From Eledone cirrhosa (Eukaryota), in assembly GCA_964016885.1 (NCBI GenBank), contig OZ024742.1:377270001-377334000 (forward strand): DNA of 64,000 nt. The letters are read 5' to 3'. The notes under the pieces are model-generated. The model had not been told where the DNA came from. It did no database searches and was given only the letters and a program-made list of their open reading frames with translations. This document shows, piece by piece, positions 1 through 14,567 of the stretch; position 1 is the first letter of the stretch; each line of letters opens with the position of its first letter. The translations under genes were made by a program, and so were the position numbers.

Positions 1-528
<528 letters not shown>

Positions 529-611
529 ATATATATTGGTTTATATATTGAAAGTAGGAGTTTATGTATATTATGAGACTCATTACTGATGTTATCTGTT
601 GATACATAACT

Positions 612-890
612 GTGGGTGGGGGTGACCTCTGTTGTATACAGTAGGGAGGACCTGTGTTGTGGGTGTATACGGTGGTGGATGGCCTGTGTTGTGGCTGTAG
701 ACGGTGGGGGTGACCTCTGTTGTATACGGTAGGGATGACCTGGGTTGGAGGTGTAGACGTTGGGGAGGACCTGGGTCGGGGGTGTAGACGGTGGGGAGGA
801 CCTGGGTTTGGGGTGTAGACGGTGGGGGTGACCTGTGTTGTGGTTATATACAGTAGGGAGGACCTGGGTTGTGGTTATATACAGTAAGGT
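612..890. repeat. G-rich minisatellite, ~29-30 bp unit (gtagacggtggggaggacctgggtt...)
   Basis: About 9 diverged tandem copies visible. Confidence 0.8.
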
Positions 891-1975
891 ATTTCTAGGC
901 CATTGCTGTAGTATCGCAGTATTTCTATATTTCTATATGCTGTGTTTAAAAGTTTCTTTTCAAATGTAATACTGGGATTTAAAAAAAAAAAATTGTGTAT
1001 AGCTTTGGAATCGGTACAGGATCAACTAGCAATACTTTCTGTTTTTATCGATTATGTTCTTGTTATTTTAATTTTCGTGTATTTTTGTGGAGGTTGGGTA
1101 AATATTATTGTTTAAATGGATTTTTGTGACTTCTTAGAAAAGACTTCTTGAAACGGAATCGTGACTTTTAGGTGTCATGAAAGTGTGGAAACAAGCTTGA
1201 GAGTTGGAACACTTAAGTGTGTCCCAAGTTTTTTTATAATTTGACCGATATTCCAGTCAAAACCATCTCATTTCTTTTCATCCACTATATTTATCTTACG
1301 AGAGTATTCCGACATCTAAAGTGTATCGATAAATTTATTATAGATTCCCTATCTCTGATTAATGACCCTCAAAACATGTATATATATTATTCGTAATATG
1401 ATTCAATCTGAATATGTTCTAAAAATGGTTCTGCTGGGAATAGATAGTCGTCTGCTTTTGATTCTATTTTTTTTTATTAAAATAAATGACAGACATATAG
1501 AGTTTTAGAAATTAAAATTGCCGGGTGTCATTTTCCTCTTCATCAAAATAACACGTCGATATAAACGCATTATTTTTGGGGAAATGAATTGTTTACTCAT
1601 AAATGTTTATTAATTAATAATGATTATATTAAATATGTATAACTGTAGATTTATTAAAATATAATTTCCCTCGATACTTAACTCATCCGTCTGATTATTT
1701 CATCTTTAGTGAAATTAATTACATAAAAAACGCCTTGAGTCATATATCGAACAGATTTGTCTCTCGTCTGCTCCTCAACGTTAAAGAAACTTCAGCACCA
1801 TTCTAATGGATATTTATGACTTTAAAATCTTCTAATAAATATTATAAAATTATTAGGGTACAAGAATACTGAGTAGATATAATTACAAATCCTTGTGAAT
1901 ATTGTATGTATGTATGTATGTATGTATGTATGTATGTATGTATGTATGTATGTATGTATGTATGTATGTATGTAT

Positions 1976-2585
1976 GTCAGGTTACCAGTTGATGCTACTG
2001 GTAACATGTATCCCAGTACAACCTGTCTCGTGGTCGGGTCGTTGGCGACTAAACTGGCAACGCCACTAAGGTTTCTTGGTGAGGAGGGTGACTTTGGACA
2101 TCCTGCAGGACTAAAAACAAAACCTGTCAAAGGGCAAAGGAGCTCTTAAGAGTCAATGGCCTTCCAAAATCACCGGGAGAGATGACCCCTTAGCCTTTGT
2201 CAAGGTAGAATTCTAGGAGAAGGAAAACTCTGATATAACACCTGCAACTCTGATGGTATCCAATGATGTTGACTTGTTCTTCTTTTTGGTAAATATCATC
2301 TTGGTTAAGAGAGTGGGACTGGCTTTGTGCAGTGCCTTTGCTCACTATAAAAGCTTCACGGCACAGGCATTGCTTTATATCTGGAGATCTCTCTGCACTT
2401 GTCGTCACATGGTACCATGGGCCCAGCACTATGTGTCAGTAATTGTCACAAGTGTAGTGTTTGTACCAGAGTTTTCAAGTCGCTGGCTGGACTAAAAAGT
2501 CACACTCGTTCAGCGGATTGGTAGGGGTTCTCCTACATGGATATAAAGTAGTGGCCGTACTCGAAAACGAGTTGGCAGCCACCAT
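1976..2585 (+). mobile_element. ~600 bp dispersed non-autonomous retroelement (RTE-5'UTR-like), copy 1, flanked by (TATG)n
   Basis: Near-identical copy at 34231-34800. Both are bounded by (TATG)/(TA) microsatellites. Contains a ctaggagaaggaaaactctga motif reminiscent of RTE-clade 5' UTRs (classification is inference). Confidence 0.7.
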
Positions 2586-2918
2586 GTATGTATGTATATA
2601 TGTATGTATGTATGAATGTATGTATGAATGTATGTATGTATGTATGTATGTATGTATGCATGTATGCATGTATGTATGTATGAATGTATGAATGTATGTA
2701 TGTATGTATGTATGTATGAATGTATGTATGAATGTATGTATGTATGTATGTATATATGTATGTATGCATGTATGCATGTATGTATGTATGTATGTATAAA
2801 TGTATGTATGTATGCATGTATGTATGTATGTATGTATGTATGTATGTATGCATGTATGTATGTATGTATGTATGTATGCATGTATGTATGAATGTACGAA
2901 TGAATGTATGTATGAATG
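2585..2918. repeat. (TATG)n compound microsatellite
   Basis: Directly visible; another (TATG)n tract at 1904-1977. Confidence 0.95.
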
Positions 2919-4465
2919 CAGAAGAACTCTTCCATAGAAGGATAGAGAGTAAGAGAATGGAAGTAAGAAAGCGATACAGAAGAAGAATGGACCACAGTAC
3001 AAGGTACTTGTTTATCGACCTTGCATGGATAAAAAGCAAAGTTAACCTCAGCGGGAGTTGACCTCAGAGAACCGAAATGGATACCACAAAGCATTCTATC
3101 CAGACATTCAAATGACTCTGCCAATTCACCGTCTCTTGTGGAAATCAATAACTTTTAAATGCTTTGATTTCTTTTGTCGAAGTGAAGAATAGTGTATATT
3201 GACACACATGTTTTAGTTCAAGTTGTTTTATAGCTCCATGTAGGAGTTGATGAAGCAGACGATGATGAAATCCAACCGTAACCAAAATGTCTTCTGTTTA
3301 GGATATGAATTAGATGACATGATGCAGTGTCACTCTTTCATCTTTAAAGATAGTAGTGTGTGATTTGAATAGAATCTTGGCTGCTCTCTTTAGCAGGATG
3401 GTTGACATTGTAGTGGTTTCTCAAATTAATGCCATTGGTAAAAAAAAACCCCAACAAAACATGAACGTTACATTATTCCTCTTTTCAGTGGTAAGAAACT
3501 CTCGGGAGAGCTTTATACCAGGTGTTCAGAGAAGAGACCCCCACTTTGTCAAGCAAGTCTTTCAGCGCTTAACTTCTAGTGATTTCTGAAACTAATTCTA
3601 TTAGTAAACTAATGCTTTGGTAAACTAATTCTATTGGTATAAAAAACAAAACAAAACAATCATGGACGTTAGAATATTTTGTCTTTAACTTTCTTTAAGG
3701 AAAAGAAAACCAAAGAAGACCAAAAACAACAATAACAACAACAACAATAAACGGTAGCAATATTCAACGAGATAACAGTTATTAATAAGAAGTATTGTTG
3801 ATAATACCTACTTACAACATAAGTATACTCTTGTCTTTCTCAAGGGGGTAAATCAGCTGAAATACGTTCAATGGGAGTTATAAACCGTGTTGTTAGCTCA
3901 AATTGTCGATAATTTGCTTGTTGCCCTAAAGCGCCACTCAACTAAACTCAGCTCTTAAATGGCTTATAATCCACAGATATATTTGCTTTGCAGTTTTAAT
4001 AACAACAAAATTATCGATTATTTAATTTCATATTTCGTTGAAGCAGATTTAATTTGTCATCACCTCCAGAGTATCAATAAAATATATACCAGTAATATAT
4101 TATGTCTGAATCATTCGATTAATACTTTGATCAAGATATTGATGATATCTCTAATGTAAAGGAAGCTGATGATGGTTTGAGAAATATCGATATTCAAGAA
4201 ATAAAAAAAAAACCCAAAGATATTTGAGCAATATCGATAACCAATGAATCAATATTGATCACAGACATGAGAAATGACAAACAGATTATACTGTATTTCC
4301 AACTGTATACAGCTTTCTCATGAAAGATGGCAACCGTTATATGCATGGAGTGTGTAAAATACATGAGGTTTTGCGCAAGTGTAAACAAACCGCGGCCATT
4401 TGTATGATTTCCACGAACTTTCAGTGTTCCAAATAATTAACAAGTGATCTGATAATCGTGTAATT

Positions 4466-4960
4466 ATGGGTCATAAATGTGATTTAACAGCTTCAGAGAA
4501 ATCTGTTATTACTTCTGATCTTGCAAGAAGTAAATCAACATTAGAAATATCTAAAATAATTGGAAGATGTCACCAAACTGTAAAGAATTGTTACAACCCC
4601 TACTAAGATACATAAGAGAGCTGACAAGAGTCAGTCGAGGGCTGTTTCTCAATGTTCTCTGTTATGAATTAAGTGTGAAGCTGTAGAGAACCCATGTCTT
4701 ACAAGTGGAGAACCTTTCAAGTACATTGGTGTAACAACTGTATCCAGATCTATCCGATGTCATCTTCTGAAAAATGTCCGTAAACCATTGACATCAGTTA
4801 AAAGATCTCCTTTAAACAAAATACACAAAAGCGTCTGAAATGGGCAGAAGATAACATGAAGGTCGACTTTTCAAAAGTTTTGTTCAACAGACGAAACTTA
4901 TGCTACCCTTGAAGGACCTGATGGTTGGAGCAAGGGGTGGGTTGTAGATGGACAAGAACT
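4466..4960 (+). pseudogene. Tc1/mariner transposase fragment, frameshifted
   Basis: Manual translation from ATG 4466 gives MGHKCDLTASEKSVITSDLARSKSTLEISKIIGRCHQTVK (HTH-like), later [21 protein letters not shown] and GPDGW, matching the Tc1-type region around the first catalytic Asp. Truncated near a (TA)n tract. Confidence 0.8.
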
Positions 4961-5025
4961 ACAAGTGAAGTCATTCTTTTCCTTTTTTCAAGTATTCCTA
5001 ACTGTACCAAGGATTTCACACATTT

Positions 5026-5208
<183 letters not shown>

Positions 5209-5491
5209 TCACATAGTCTTGGATACACGTGTACCGTTTTATCTCAATGTATTCGTATGAAAGCCCAGACAGGAGCCTCTCTCATCCCCAGGAGTCCCCA
5301 GTAATATCTAAACAAATACTTTCGTTAATCCCACGAGAGTGAGTTATAACTTCTCTTGTATTTATTGGTAGCCAAATCGATTGTTGTTACAGCTTACACC
5401 AATCTAGGTTTAGCTGGTCCCCTAGGAAGTTGCCTTTCATAGGAAGATTTTCGGTTGTTTTAATAATGAGGGGCCCCAGACCTATGATACA

Positions 5492-6254
5492 GTTGTTGTT
5501 ACATCTAGTGATGTTATTGTTACTGTTGTTGTTGTTATTGTTGTTGTTGTTATTGTTACTGTTGTTGTTGTTATTGTTATTGTTGTTATTGTTACTGTTG
5601 TTGTTATTGTTATTGTTGTTGTTGGTGTTGTTATTGTTGTTGTTGTTATTGTTACTGTTGTTGTTATTGTTGTTATTGTTGTTATTGTTATTGTTGTTGT
5701 TGTTGTTATTGTTACTGTTGTTGTTGTTGTTATTGTTGTTGTTGTTGATGTTGTTGTTGTTATTGTTGTTGTTGTTATTGTTATTATTATTGTTGTTATT
5801 TCTGATATTGTTACTGTTGTTGTTGTTGTGGTTGTTATTGTTACTGTTATTGTTGTTATTGTTGTTGTTATTGTTGTTATTTCTTGTATTGTTATTGTTA
5901 TTGTTACTGTTGTTGTTGTTGCTGTTGTTTTTGTTGTTGTTGTTGATGTTGTTATTGTTGTTGTTGTTATTTCTTGTATTCTTGCTGTTATTGTTGTTAT
6001 TGTTTTTGTTGTTATTGTTACTGTTGTTGTTGTTATTGGTGTTGTTTTTGTTGTTGTTGTTGTTGTTGTTACTATTGTTGTTGTTAGTGTTGTTGTTGTT
6101 GCTCTTGTTAGTATTGTTATTGTTGTTGTTATTGTTGTTATTGTTGTTATTGATTTTGTTATTGTTGTGATTGTTGTTGTTGTTATTGTTGTTGTCACTG
6201 TCATTGTTATTGTTGTTGTTGTTGTTATAGTTGTTATTGTTGCTGTTGTTGTTA
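5492..6254. repeat. (TTG/TTA)n degenerate trinucleotide repeat
   Basis: Directly visible; produces poly-L, poly-V and poly-T ORFs. Confidence 0.95.
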
Positions 6255-6605
6255 TATCAATACCTCAGTGATACGACACTCTTACTTATCTATAGACAGG
6301 AACGGTGCTACCATTAAAGACAACTAGGGGTCTTACTGACCCTTTAAAGGACCCCAGTTTTATACAAATTTGTACAATTATATTAAATATATAATCATTT
6401 CCTACGACCAATAAATACATCGCTAAACACCTTTGCCACGTGCCAGGGTTGTTAAAATATCCGAAGCGGAGGAGAGGATCGTATGGTGTTATGATCTGTA
6501 ACATGATTTGGTATTTGTGAGTGTGGACTGGATTATAGAAAATGTAGAATTAGTAATTTTCTGGATGTGGTCAGTGAGAGTGGTCAGCTTAACAAACTAC
6601 GAGTT

Positions 6606-7961
6606 GAAATTACTCTGTTTGAGAGAATGAAATTACTCTGTTTGAGAGAATGAAATTACTCTGTTTGAGAGAATGAAATTACTCTGTTTGGGAGAATGAA
6701 ATTACTCTGTTTGAGAGAATGAAATTACTCTGTTTGGGAGAATGATATTACTCTGTTTGGGAGAATGAAATTACTCTGTTTGAGAGAATGAAATTACTCT
6801 GTTTGAGAGAATGAAATTACTCTGTTTGAGAGAATGAAATTACTCTGTTTGGGAGAATGATATTACTCTGTTTGGGAGAATGAAATTACTCTGTTTGGGA
6901 GAATGAAATTACTCTGTTTGGGAGAATGAAATTACTCTGTTTGAGAGAATGAAATTACTCTGTTTGGGAGAATGAAATTACTCTGTTTGGGAGAATGAAA
7001 TTACTCTGTTTGAGAGAATGATATTACTCTGTTTGGGAGAATGAAATTACTCTGTTTGAGAGAATGATATTACTCTGTTTGGGAGAATGATATTACTCTG
7101 TTTGAGAGAATGAAATTACTCTGTTTGAGAGAATGATATTACTCTGTTTGGGAGAATGAAATTACTCTGTTTGGGAGAATGAAATTACTCTGTTTGGGAG
7201 AATGAAATTACTCTGTTTGAGAGAATGATATTACTCTGTTTGGGAGAATGAAATTACTCTGTTTGAGAGAATGATATTACTCTGTTTGGGAGAATGAAAT
7301 TACTCTGTTTGAGAGAATGAAATTACTCTGTTTGAGAGAATGATATTACTCTGTTTGGGAGAATGAAATTACTCTGTTTGGGAAAATGAAATTACTCTGT
7401 TTGGGAGAATGAAATTACTCTGTTTGAGAGAATGAAATTACTCTGTTTGGGAGAATGAAATTACTCTGTTTGGGAGAATGAAATTACTCTATTTGGGAGA
7501 ATGAAATTACTCTATTTGGGAGAATTAAGTTACTCTATTTGGGAGAATGCAGTTACTCTATTTGGGAGAATGCAGTTACTCTATTTGGGAGAATGCAGTT
7601 ACTCTATTTGGGAGAATGAAGTTACTCTATTTGGGAGAATGCAGTTACTCTATTTGGGAGAATGAAGTTACTCTATTTGGGAGAATGAAATTACTCTATT
7701 TGGGAGAATGAAATTACTCTATTTGGGAGAATGAAATTACTCTATTTGGGAGAATGAAATTACTCTATTTGGGAGAATGAAATTACTCTATTTGGGAGAA
7801 TGAAATTACTCTATTTGGGAGAATGAAATTACTCTATTTGGGAGAATGAAATTACTCTATTTGGGAGAATGAAATTACTCTATTTGGGAGAATGAAATTA
7901 CTCTATTTGGGAGAATGAAGTTACTCTATTTGGGAGAATGAAATTACTCTATTTGGGAGAA
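6606..7961. repeat. 23-bp minisatellite (gaaattactctgtttgRgagaat), ~59 copies
   Basis: Head-to-tail array with no spacers. Confidence 0.97.
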
Positions 7962-8518
7962 GGGAACGGAGATTATATGGCCAGCCTTGGGCACTAAATA
8001 ACGAAACACCGGCTGTGGCTAAAAGGGCAGAAAGGGTCATGGAGGAAATGGTTGATTGTGATGTCTATGTTTACTTAATGTCACATGATACAAACTTCAA
8101 CTGAAAATAGATCCTATATATTTGGGTCACCAATCATCGGAATGTTTTGGGACCCTCACTCTTCAGAAATAAACATCAATGTCATTTAAACTAAATGTTA
8201 TTGAATGCCGATAAAACATAAAGCATAATTAGTATTGGCAGAGTAATATTGATAAATATATTAACATGATCAATAATATTTGAAGAACGTAAACAATACT
8301 TCAGTAACACCGGCCCTCCCTAGCCACAGAATCTATCATCCTCTCATCTTACCCCACCTTTCTTCCGTGGCCAAATAGTCCTTGATTTTCCCCTCCTTTT
8401 CTTCACATTTATGGCATTTATAGTCCTTTCCTTTACTTTCCTATATAACCAGATCTACCCTTCTCCATCCTTGCCTCCTCTGTTCATTACTTAATTTTGT
8501 CTTTATCTTTTTTTTCTT

Positions 8519-8870
8519 ATTCCCACCATTGTATAACTCCTGTAAAATACAGTTGACATAATATGTTTATGTTTAACAGATATCAAAATATTCCCACCAT
8601 TGTATAACTTCTGTAAAATATAGTTGACATAATATGTTTATGTTTAACAGATATCAAAATATTCCCACCATTGTATAACTTCTGTAAAATACAGTTGACA
8701 TAATATGTTTATGTTTAACAGATATCAAAATATTCCCACCATTGTATAACTTCTGTAAAATATAGTTGACATAATACGTTTATGTCTACCAGATAACAAA
8801 ATACTTCCACCATTGTGTAACTTCTGTAAAATATAGTTGATATAATACGTTTAAGTCTAATTGATTAAAT
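8519..8870. repeat. 71-bp tandem repeat, ~5 copies
   Basis: attcccaccattgtataacttctgtaaaat... recurs at about 8519, 8590, 8661 and 8732, with a diverged copy near 8803. Confidence 0.95.
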
Positions 8871-8926
8871 AACAAATTTCGTTGAGTTTGGTAAAACATG
8901 GTTAAGAGTATAAAGCGTTTACTTAC

Positions 8927-9007
8927 CATTCTTGTTGGTTCTTCAGCCTTGGTGAGAATAAGTAAGTTAAGTATCAACACAAAACCTACACGAAACATAC
9001 TCTGCAT
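8927..9007 (-). CDS. Candidate first coding exon of a secreted or membrane host protein (signal peptide)
   Basis: MQSMFRVGFVLILNLLILTKAEEPTRM (basic residue, hydrophobic core, T-K-A cleavage-like site), ending at a consensus donor ATG|GTAAGT in phase 0, in non-repetitive sequence. Confidence 0.5.
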
Positions 9008-9945
9008 TTTAACTTCACTTCCCTTGAAGAATAAAGATGGCGATTGTTGAATTGTTATTACTATTGTTTTGTGTGTGTTTTGTTATTGTTGATACTGTTG
9101 TTTCAACTAATTAATAATTCGAGATGTTTAGATTAAAAGACGTAACTTATATTATAATTCTCGTGGTGTACGTTGTTATTGTCATGAGGTTATTAGAGGT
9201 ATTGAACAGTGGCCGAGAGAATGTATTGTAATATTTATACAGTTGTGTATTCTTTCGAAACCTTTTGGTTTCTCTTAAATTCTGTGTTGTTCCGCTTAAC
9301 TTTGCGCGAGAACTTTTGTAACTCAACTGGATTCTTTGCTTTATATACTCACGTAAGTATTTCACTTTTCCACGATTTTTTCTTTATTATAACTCCCCCG
9401 AAGAAATAGATTTCAACAAAAATAGACATTAAAAAAGAAAGAGAGAGGGGGAGATGAAGGAGCGGGAGGCCCGACAGTTCAGAGGCTGAAGAATGCATGA
9501 TGGGATATATAACAGAGAGCGGGGGGGGGGGGATAGAAATAAAACAGAGGAATGGATTGTAAAAAAGTGTAGCTTAGAGGGAGAGGGAGATAGAGAGGGA
9601 TGGAGTGAGAGAGGGAGGGGGAACAGTCGGATAGAGAAGTAGATAGAATTGAGAAGATTCCAGAGAAATATAAAGAGAGGGGGTAAAAAGGGAACAAGTG
9701 GCAGGTATAAGGAGGGGGATTGAGATTCAGTGAACAAGAAGGAGAGAGAGGGGGAGATAGAGGGAGAGAGAGAGAGAGGGAGAGACAGAAGCGAAGGGAG
9801 AAGGAGAAGATGAAGAAAAAGGACGAAAAAGTGAGATTATGTTATAAAACAAAATAAACACCTTTCCACTTCTCTCTCTAGCTCTCTCTCTCTCTCTCTC
9901 CACCTCTCTCTCTAGCTCTCTCTCTCTCCACCTCTCTCTCTCCAC

Positions 9946-10003
<58 letters not shown>

Positions 10004-10198
10004 AGAGAGAGATAGATAGATAGAGATAGAGAGAGAGAGAAAGAGGAAGAGAGAGAGAGAGAGAGAGAGGGGGAGATGGGGAGGTAGATAAATGAGGGGG
10101 TGTTTATGTTTTGTAAGTAGGAGATATGAATTTATTTGGGGAGGAATTAGTAGGTATTTTGAGGAAGACATTTAAAATGTTGAAATGGGGGAGGTTGA

Positions 10199-10234
10199 CT
10201 ATCTATCTATCTATCCCTCACTCTCTCTCTCTGA

Positions 10235-10268
<34 letters not shown>

Positions 10269-10742
10269 CCTTCTCTGTCTTTCTCTCTCTCACTCAATAA
10301 CAGAGAAAGCCAATGTGACAGACAATGTGCCGTAGAAAGTTAAAGAAATAAGCTGAGAGAGAGGGGAGAGAGAGAGGGAGAGAGAGAAGGAGACAGAGAG
10401 AGGGGGGAGAAAATAGGGAGAAAGAAAGAGAAAGAGAGAGACGCAAACGCAAATAAGACTTAAAGTATTTTGGGCGGAGTTACACCTTTGTGCGCTGTCA
10501 ATCAAGCACTTGATATATATTACGTCAAAGGCATCGGTAAAAAGTGCGTAAGCGTAGAAATATCAATGTTGTTTCTGGAGTAAATAAGCCTATAAGTTTC
10601 AAAGAATCACAGACAAATAGGAATACCTCCGCAATCAGATACCGATAGAAAGTATTTCTTCTATTATAGGTGGGCGCTGTAGGAAGCTGCCGACTTAATA
10701 TGGAGGCGGATAGATACCTAGAACCCGTGTATGTGTGTGTTT

Positions 10743-10784
<42 letters not shown>

Positions 10785-12396
10785 ACGTGTGTGTCTGTGT
10801 GTGTGTGTATGTGTGTGTTTGTGTGTTTGTGTATTTGCATTTGTGTGTGTGCGTGTGTCTGTGTATGTGTGTGTATGTACATGTGTATCTATGTGTGCGT
10901 ATGTGTGTGTAAGTGTGTATGTGTGTATTTTTGTATGTGTGTGTGTATGTGTGTCTATATGTGTGTATGTGTGTGTGTGTGCATGTGTATGTGTGTGGAT
11001 GTGTGTGTATGGTTTTATGAATATATGTGCCTATTTGTGTATATGATGGTGCAGGTGTCTGTGTGTGTATGTATGTGTGTACGTGTATGTGTGTGTACGT
11101 ACGTGTGTGTGTACGTATGTGTGTGTGTATGTCTGTTTGTATGTATGTGTGTGTAAGTGTATGTGTGCGTGTGTGTATGTGTGCGTGTGTGTATGTGTGT
11201 GTGTGTGTATGTGTATGTGTGTGTGTATGTGTATATGTGTTTGTATGTGTATGTATGTATGTATGTGTGTGTGTATGTGTATGTGTATGTGTGTGTGTAT
11301 GTGTATGTGTGTATGTGTATCTGTAGTGTATCTGTGTGTGTGTATGTGTATGTGTGTGTGTATGTATGTGTGTGCAAGTTATATAGTTTGTGACTATACC
11401 TGTCTGTTTATGTATGTGATTGCATGTCTATAGGTGCATGTGTGTGTGTGTCTAGGTATGTGTGTGTGAGTGTGTGTCTCTAGGTGTGTGTGTGTGTGTG
11501 TCTAGGTATGTGTGTGTGAGTGTGTGTCTATAGGTGCATGTGTGTGTGTCTAGGTATGGTGTGTGAGTGTGTGTCTCTTGGTGTGTGTGTATGTGTGTGT
11601 GTGTCTAGGTGTGTGTGTGTGAGTGTGTGTCTCTAGGTGTGTGTGTGTGTGTGTCTAGGTATGTGTGTGTGTGTGTGTGTCTAGGTATGTGTGTGTGTAC
11701 ATCCATGTATGTGCGTGTCTGTGTGCATCCGTGTCTGCGTGTGTGCATATCTGTGTATGAATGTATATATCTGTGTATGTATGTATGTATGTGTATATCT
11801 GTGTATGTATGTGTATATCTGTGTATATATGTGCGTGTATATCTGTGTATGTATGTGTGTGTGTATGCATGTGTATGTGTGTGTGTATGAATGTGTGTGT
11901 GTGTATCAAAGAATGTGTGTGTGTATCAAAGAATGTGTGATTTTGTGTGTGTGTATCAAAGAATGTGTGTGTGTGTGTATCAAAGAATGTGTGATTGTGT
12001 GTGTGTGTGTTTATGAAAATGTGTGTAGGAAGGTGTGTGTGAGTGTGTGTGTGTGTTTATGAAAATGTGTATGTAGGAAGGTGTGTGTGAGTGTGTGTGT
12101 GTGTTTATGAAAATGTTTGTGTAGGAAGGTGTGTGTGAGTGTGTGTGTGTGTTTATGAAAATGTGTATGTAGGAAGGTGTGTGTGAGTGTGTGTGTGTTT
12201 ATGAAAATGTTTGTGTAGGAAGGTGTGTGTGAGTGTGTGTGTGTTTATGAAAATGTGTGTGTAGGAAGGTTTGTGTGTTTATGAAAATGTTTGTGTAGGA
12301 AGGGATGGGTTTATATTTTTAAAATATATTTAGAGAAAGGGGTTTATAATATAGAGAGAGCGGATTATCCGTGAATTTTTTGACGGGTCCAGCTAG
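10199..12396 (+). mobile_element. Helitron-like non-autonomous element filled with (GA)n/(TG)n repeats
   Basis: 3' hairpin atccgt...acgggt (12367-12388), then CTAG (12393-12396) and T. The 5' boundary is uncertain. Confidence 0.45.
10726..12300. repeat. Compound (TG)n microsatellite grading into longer units (tctaggtatgtg..., atcaaagaatgtg..., tttatgaaaatgt...aggaagg)
   Basis: Directly visible. Confidence 0.95.
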
Positions 12397-12910
12397 TTAG
12401 AAAGAATGCTTTGCCACTTTTTAGCTACGGCCCTTTACGTTCTGTATTCAAATCCCTCCTAAGTCTTTACGAAGTCGATAAATCTACTTCCTCTTCCTCC
12501 AAAATTCTTGAACTTGTATCTATTAGAAGCCACTATCAAGGATCTTAGTGGACAATGGACATAGCATGGCTGTTTGGTTAAGACATTGTCTTCCAAACCT
12601 TTAACCAACGTGGGTAATTATCATTTACCATAGCTTTGGGTTGGCCTATGCCTTGTGAATGAAATTGGGGAGACAGGAACTGTGTGGAAGCCCGTCGAGT
12701 GGACTGTGTCTGTCATTCAAAGGGTCAACATTGTCACACACCGTGGCTTACTGAATCTCTCTGACAATAAGGTTAAGGGTGTACGTGTCTGGAGAATACT
12801 CAGTCACTTAGACTATACTACAAGGTGGCCTTTACCTGTAATACAAAGGACCAACCTTGTCACACACCGTGTCATGCCGAATCCCATGACAATTAGGTTA
12901 TGGGTATAAA

Positions 12911-13101
12911 CAGACCTGCCAACCTCTAAAAAACCTCAAAAAACCCATGAAAAAAAGTGCCCCCAAACAGGGAGAAATGAGGCAAAATGGGGAAATATTA
13001 CGCAATGAAACTATAGCCATTTTTATAAGAGAAGGAATCTTTCTCCCACCCAAAGGTGAGAGAGAGATATCCCCGTCGGACGGGGAGAGTTGGCAGATCT
13101 G
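12911..13101. mobile_element. ~190 bp MITE with CAG...CTG termini (hAT-like)
   Basis: TIRs cagacctgccaac / gttggcagatctg (one mismatch). No clean TSD. Confidence 0.6.
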
Positions 13102-13288
13102 TATTAGTGTCCGTGGAATGCTCAGCCACTTACAGGTAAATTTCACGAGTAAACCATTCTGTTGATGGAACAACTGAAACACTCACGGCCGAGACTATGG
13201 TAGTTAACACCTGTTAACACATATAGAAGCTCGGACATAATGTTTTGATGACGTAATCTCACTTTGAAGATAGTATGAAACAAAACAT

Positions 13289-13470
13289 TTGGCAGTATCG
13301 GTAGAGGGTCGGACACCATGATTTGAAGCATAGAGTTACGGCCCTTTACGATCTGAATTCAAATCCCGGTGAGGTTAATTTTGCCTTTCCTCCTTACGGG
13401 GTCGATAAAATAAAGTGGCAGTAATGCACTGGGATAATTGCTAGCATTGTGCCAAAAGTAGAAACAATTA
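13289..13470 (+). mobile_element. tRNA-derived SINE
   Basis: A-box-like tggcagtatcggtagag, B-box-like ttcaaatccc and core ttgcctttc.tccttacggggtcgataaaataaagt, shared with many copies in the window. Confidence 0.85.
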
Positions 13471-13505
13471 TTTATTTTACTTTAAAATGATACAAAATAA
13501 GGAAA

Positions 13506-13552
<47 letters not shown>

Positions 13553-13845
13553 AAGGTATATATTGAGTTAGAAACTCAAAATAGTCTCTTACAATTAAAT
13601 AGCTCAAAGAAAGAGATTTTTTCCGAGCTGTGTATTATAATTGAATATAAAAGAGAAATAAACACAGATATACACATATATGTGTTCAAATCGTAAGGGA
13701 CAGGATTCGAGTAAACTTGGCTGCTATTTTTAGTGGTATGAGTTTGTGAGACACGCTAGGTTCTGATGCCATGTGCGTTATTTTATATACGCACACTATT
13801 CAGTTTTCTGATATACTTAGAAGTGAAGAGTTTACTAATTTACAT

Positions 13846-13920
13846 CCACTAATGAGCAATAAGAATTGGTAATTCTCTTCACAATTGGATTGCGAAACAG
13901 CTTCACCAAAAGCTGTCTGG
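13846..13920 (+). ncRNA. Degenerate type I hammerhead (core G5->A)
   Basis: cca CTAATGA gcaat...attgc GAAA cagctt-cacc-aaaagctg TC tgg. All three stems pair but the core reads CUAAUGA. Confidence 0.55.
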
Positions 13921-14509
13921 CTGATTGGTAGTTACCACAATTCCGGTTTGTATTTATTTTCTTGATTTATTCTTAAATTGAGTCTGGAAAAACTTATTGT
14001 CTATAGTTAGTATCTTTTTCACCTTAGCGAATCTGGTCCCTTACGATTTGAACACATATATGTGTATATCTGTGTTTATCTCTCTTTTATATTCAATTAT
14101 AATTACATATATATGTATATATGTATATATATTTTTTTATTTCATCCTATAAATTTAACGTTCCAATTTTCTGTTTACACATTATACCATGCAGATGCCC
14201 ACTATATATACCTCTGCTAAGATATAGGTTCTTTATAATAACATTTTTCGCAGCAATCCCTAACCTGATTGTAGCATGACATTAACGCTGACTTTTCTTC
14301 TTTCTTTCTGTCTTTTTTTCTCTTTGACCGGGAGGTTAGTAGCACATTATAAGCTTTCGCCCCCTCACCAGATAGCCTTAAGTAGACCGAATAGCCAGCA
14401 CTTGAGGGCGACCGGCTAAAGTGGAAGATGCTAGATGGTCGGTAGTCCTCGGGTCTCTGATTTTCAGCCCCATGGATTTTATCTGTTACATGCATTTATT
14501 ATATTTCGA

Positions 14510-14567
14510 ATACCTGATGATATCACCGGATTCATACGGAACCCGGTCATTGAAATGATCATAGTAT
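14510..14567 (+). ncRNA. Type I hammerhead ribozyme motif
   Basis: atac CTGATGA tatcaccgg...ccggtcatt GAAA tgatca TA gtat. Stem I atac/gtat; palindromic stem III tgatca. Confidence 0.65.

Noticed and set aside
5430-6271. Poly-Leu, poly-Thr and poly-Val ORFs (mucin-like)
   Set aside because: Translations of a (TTG/TTA)n tract; no convincing splice context, though a Thr-rich exon cannot be fully excluded.
6458-6483. YDPLLRFG as an RFamide neuropeptide
   Set aside because: Gly is followed by Tyr rather than Lys/Arg, the copy is single and there is no flanking dibasic site.
6606-7961. CRISPR-like 23-bp repeats
   Set aside because: No unique spacers, no cas genes, eukaryotic context; a plain minisatellite.
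9034-9042. YY1-like AAGATGGCG near the candidate start codon
   Set aside because: A single short motif with no TSS data; insufficient to call a promoter.
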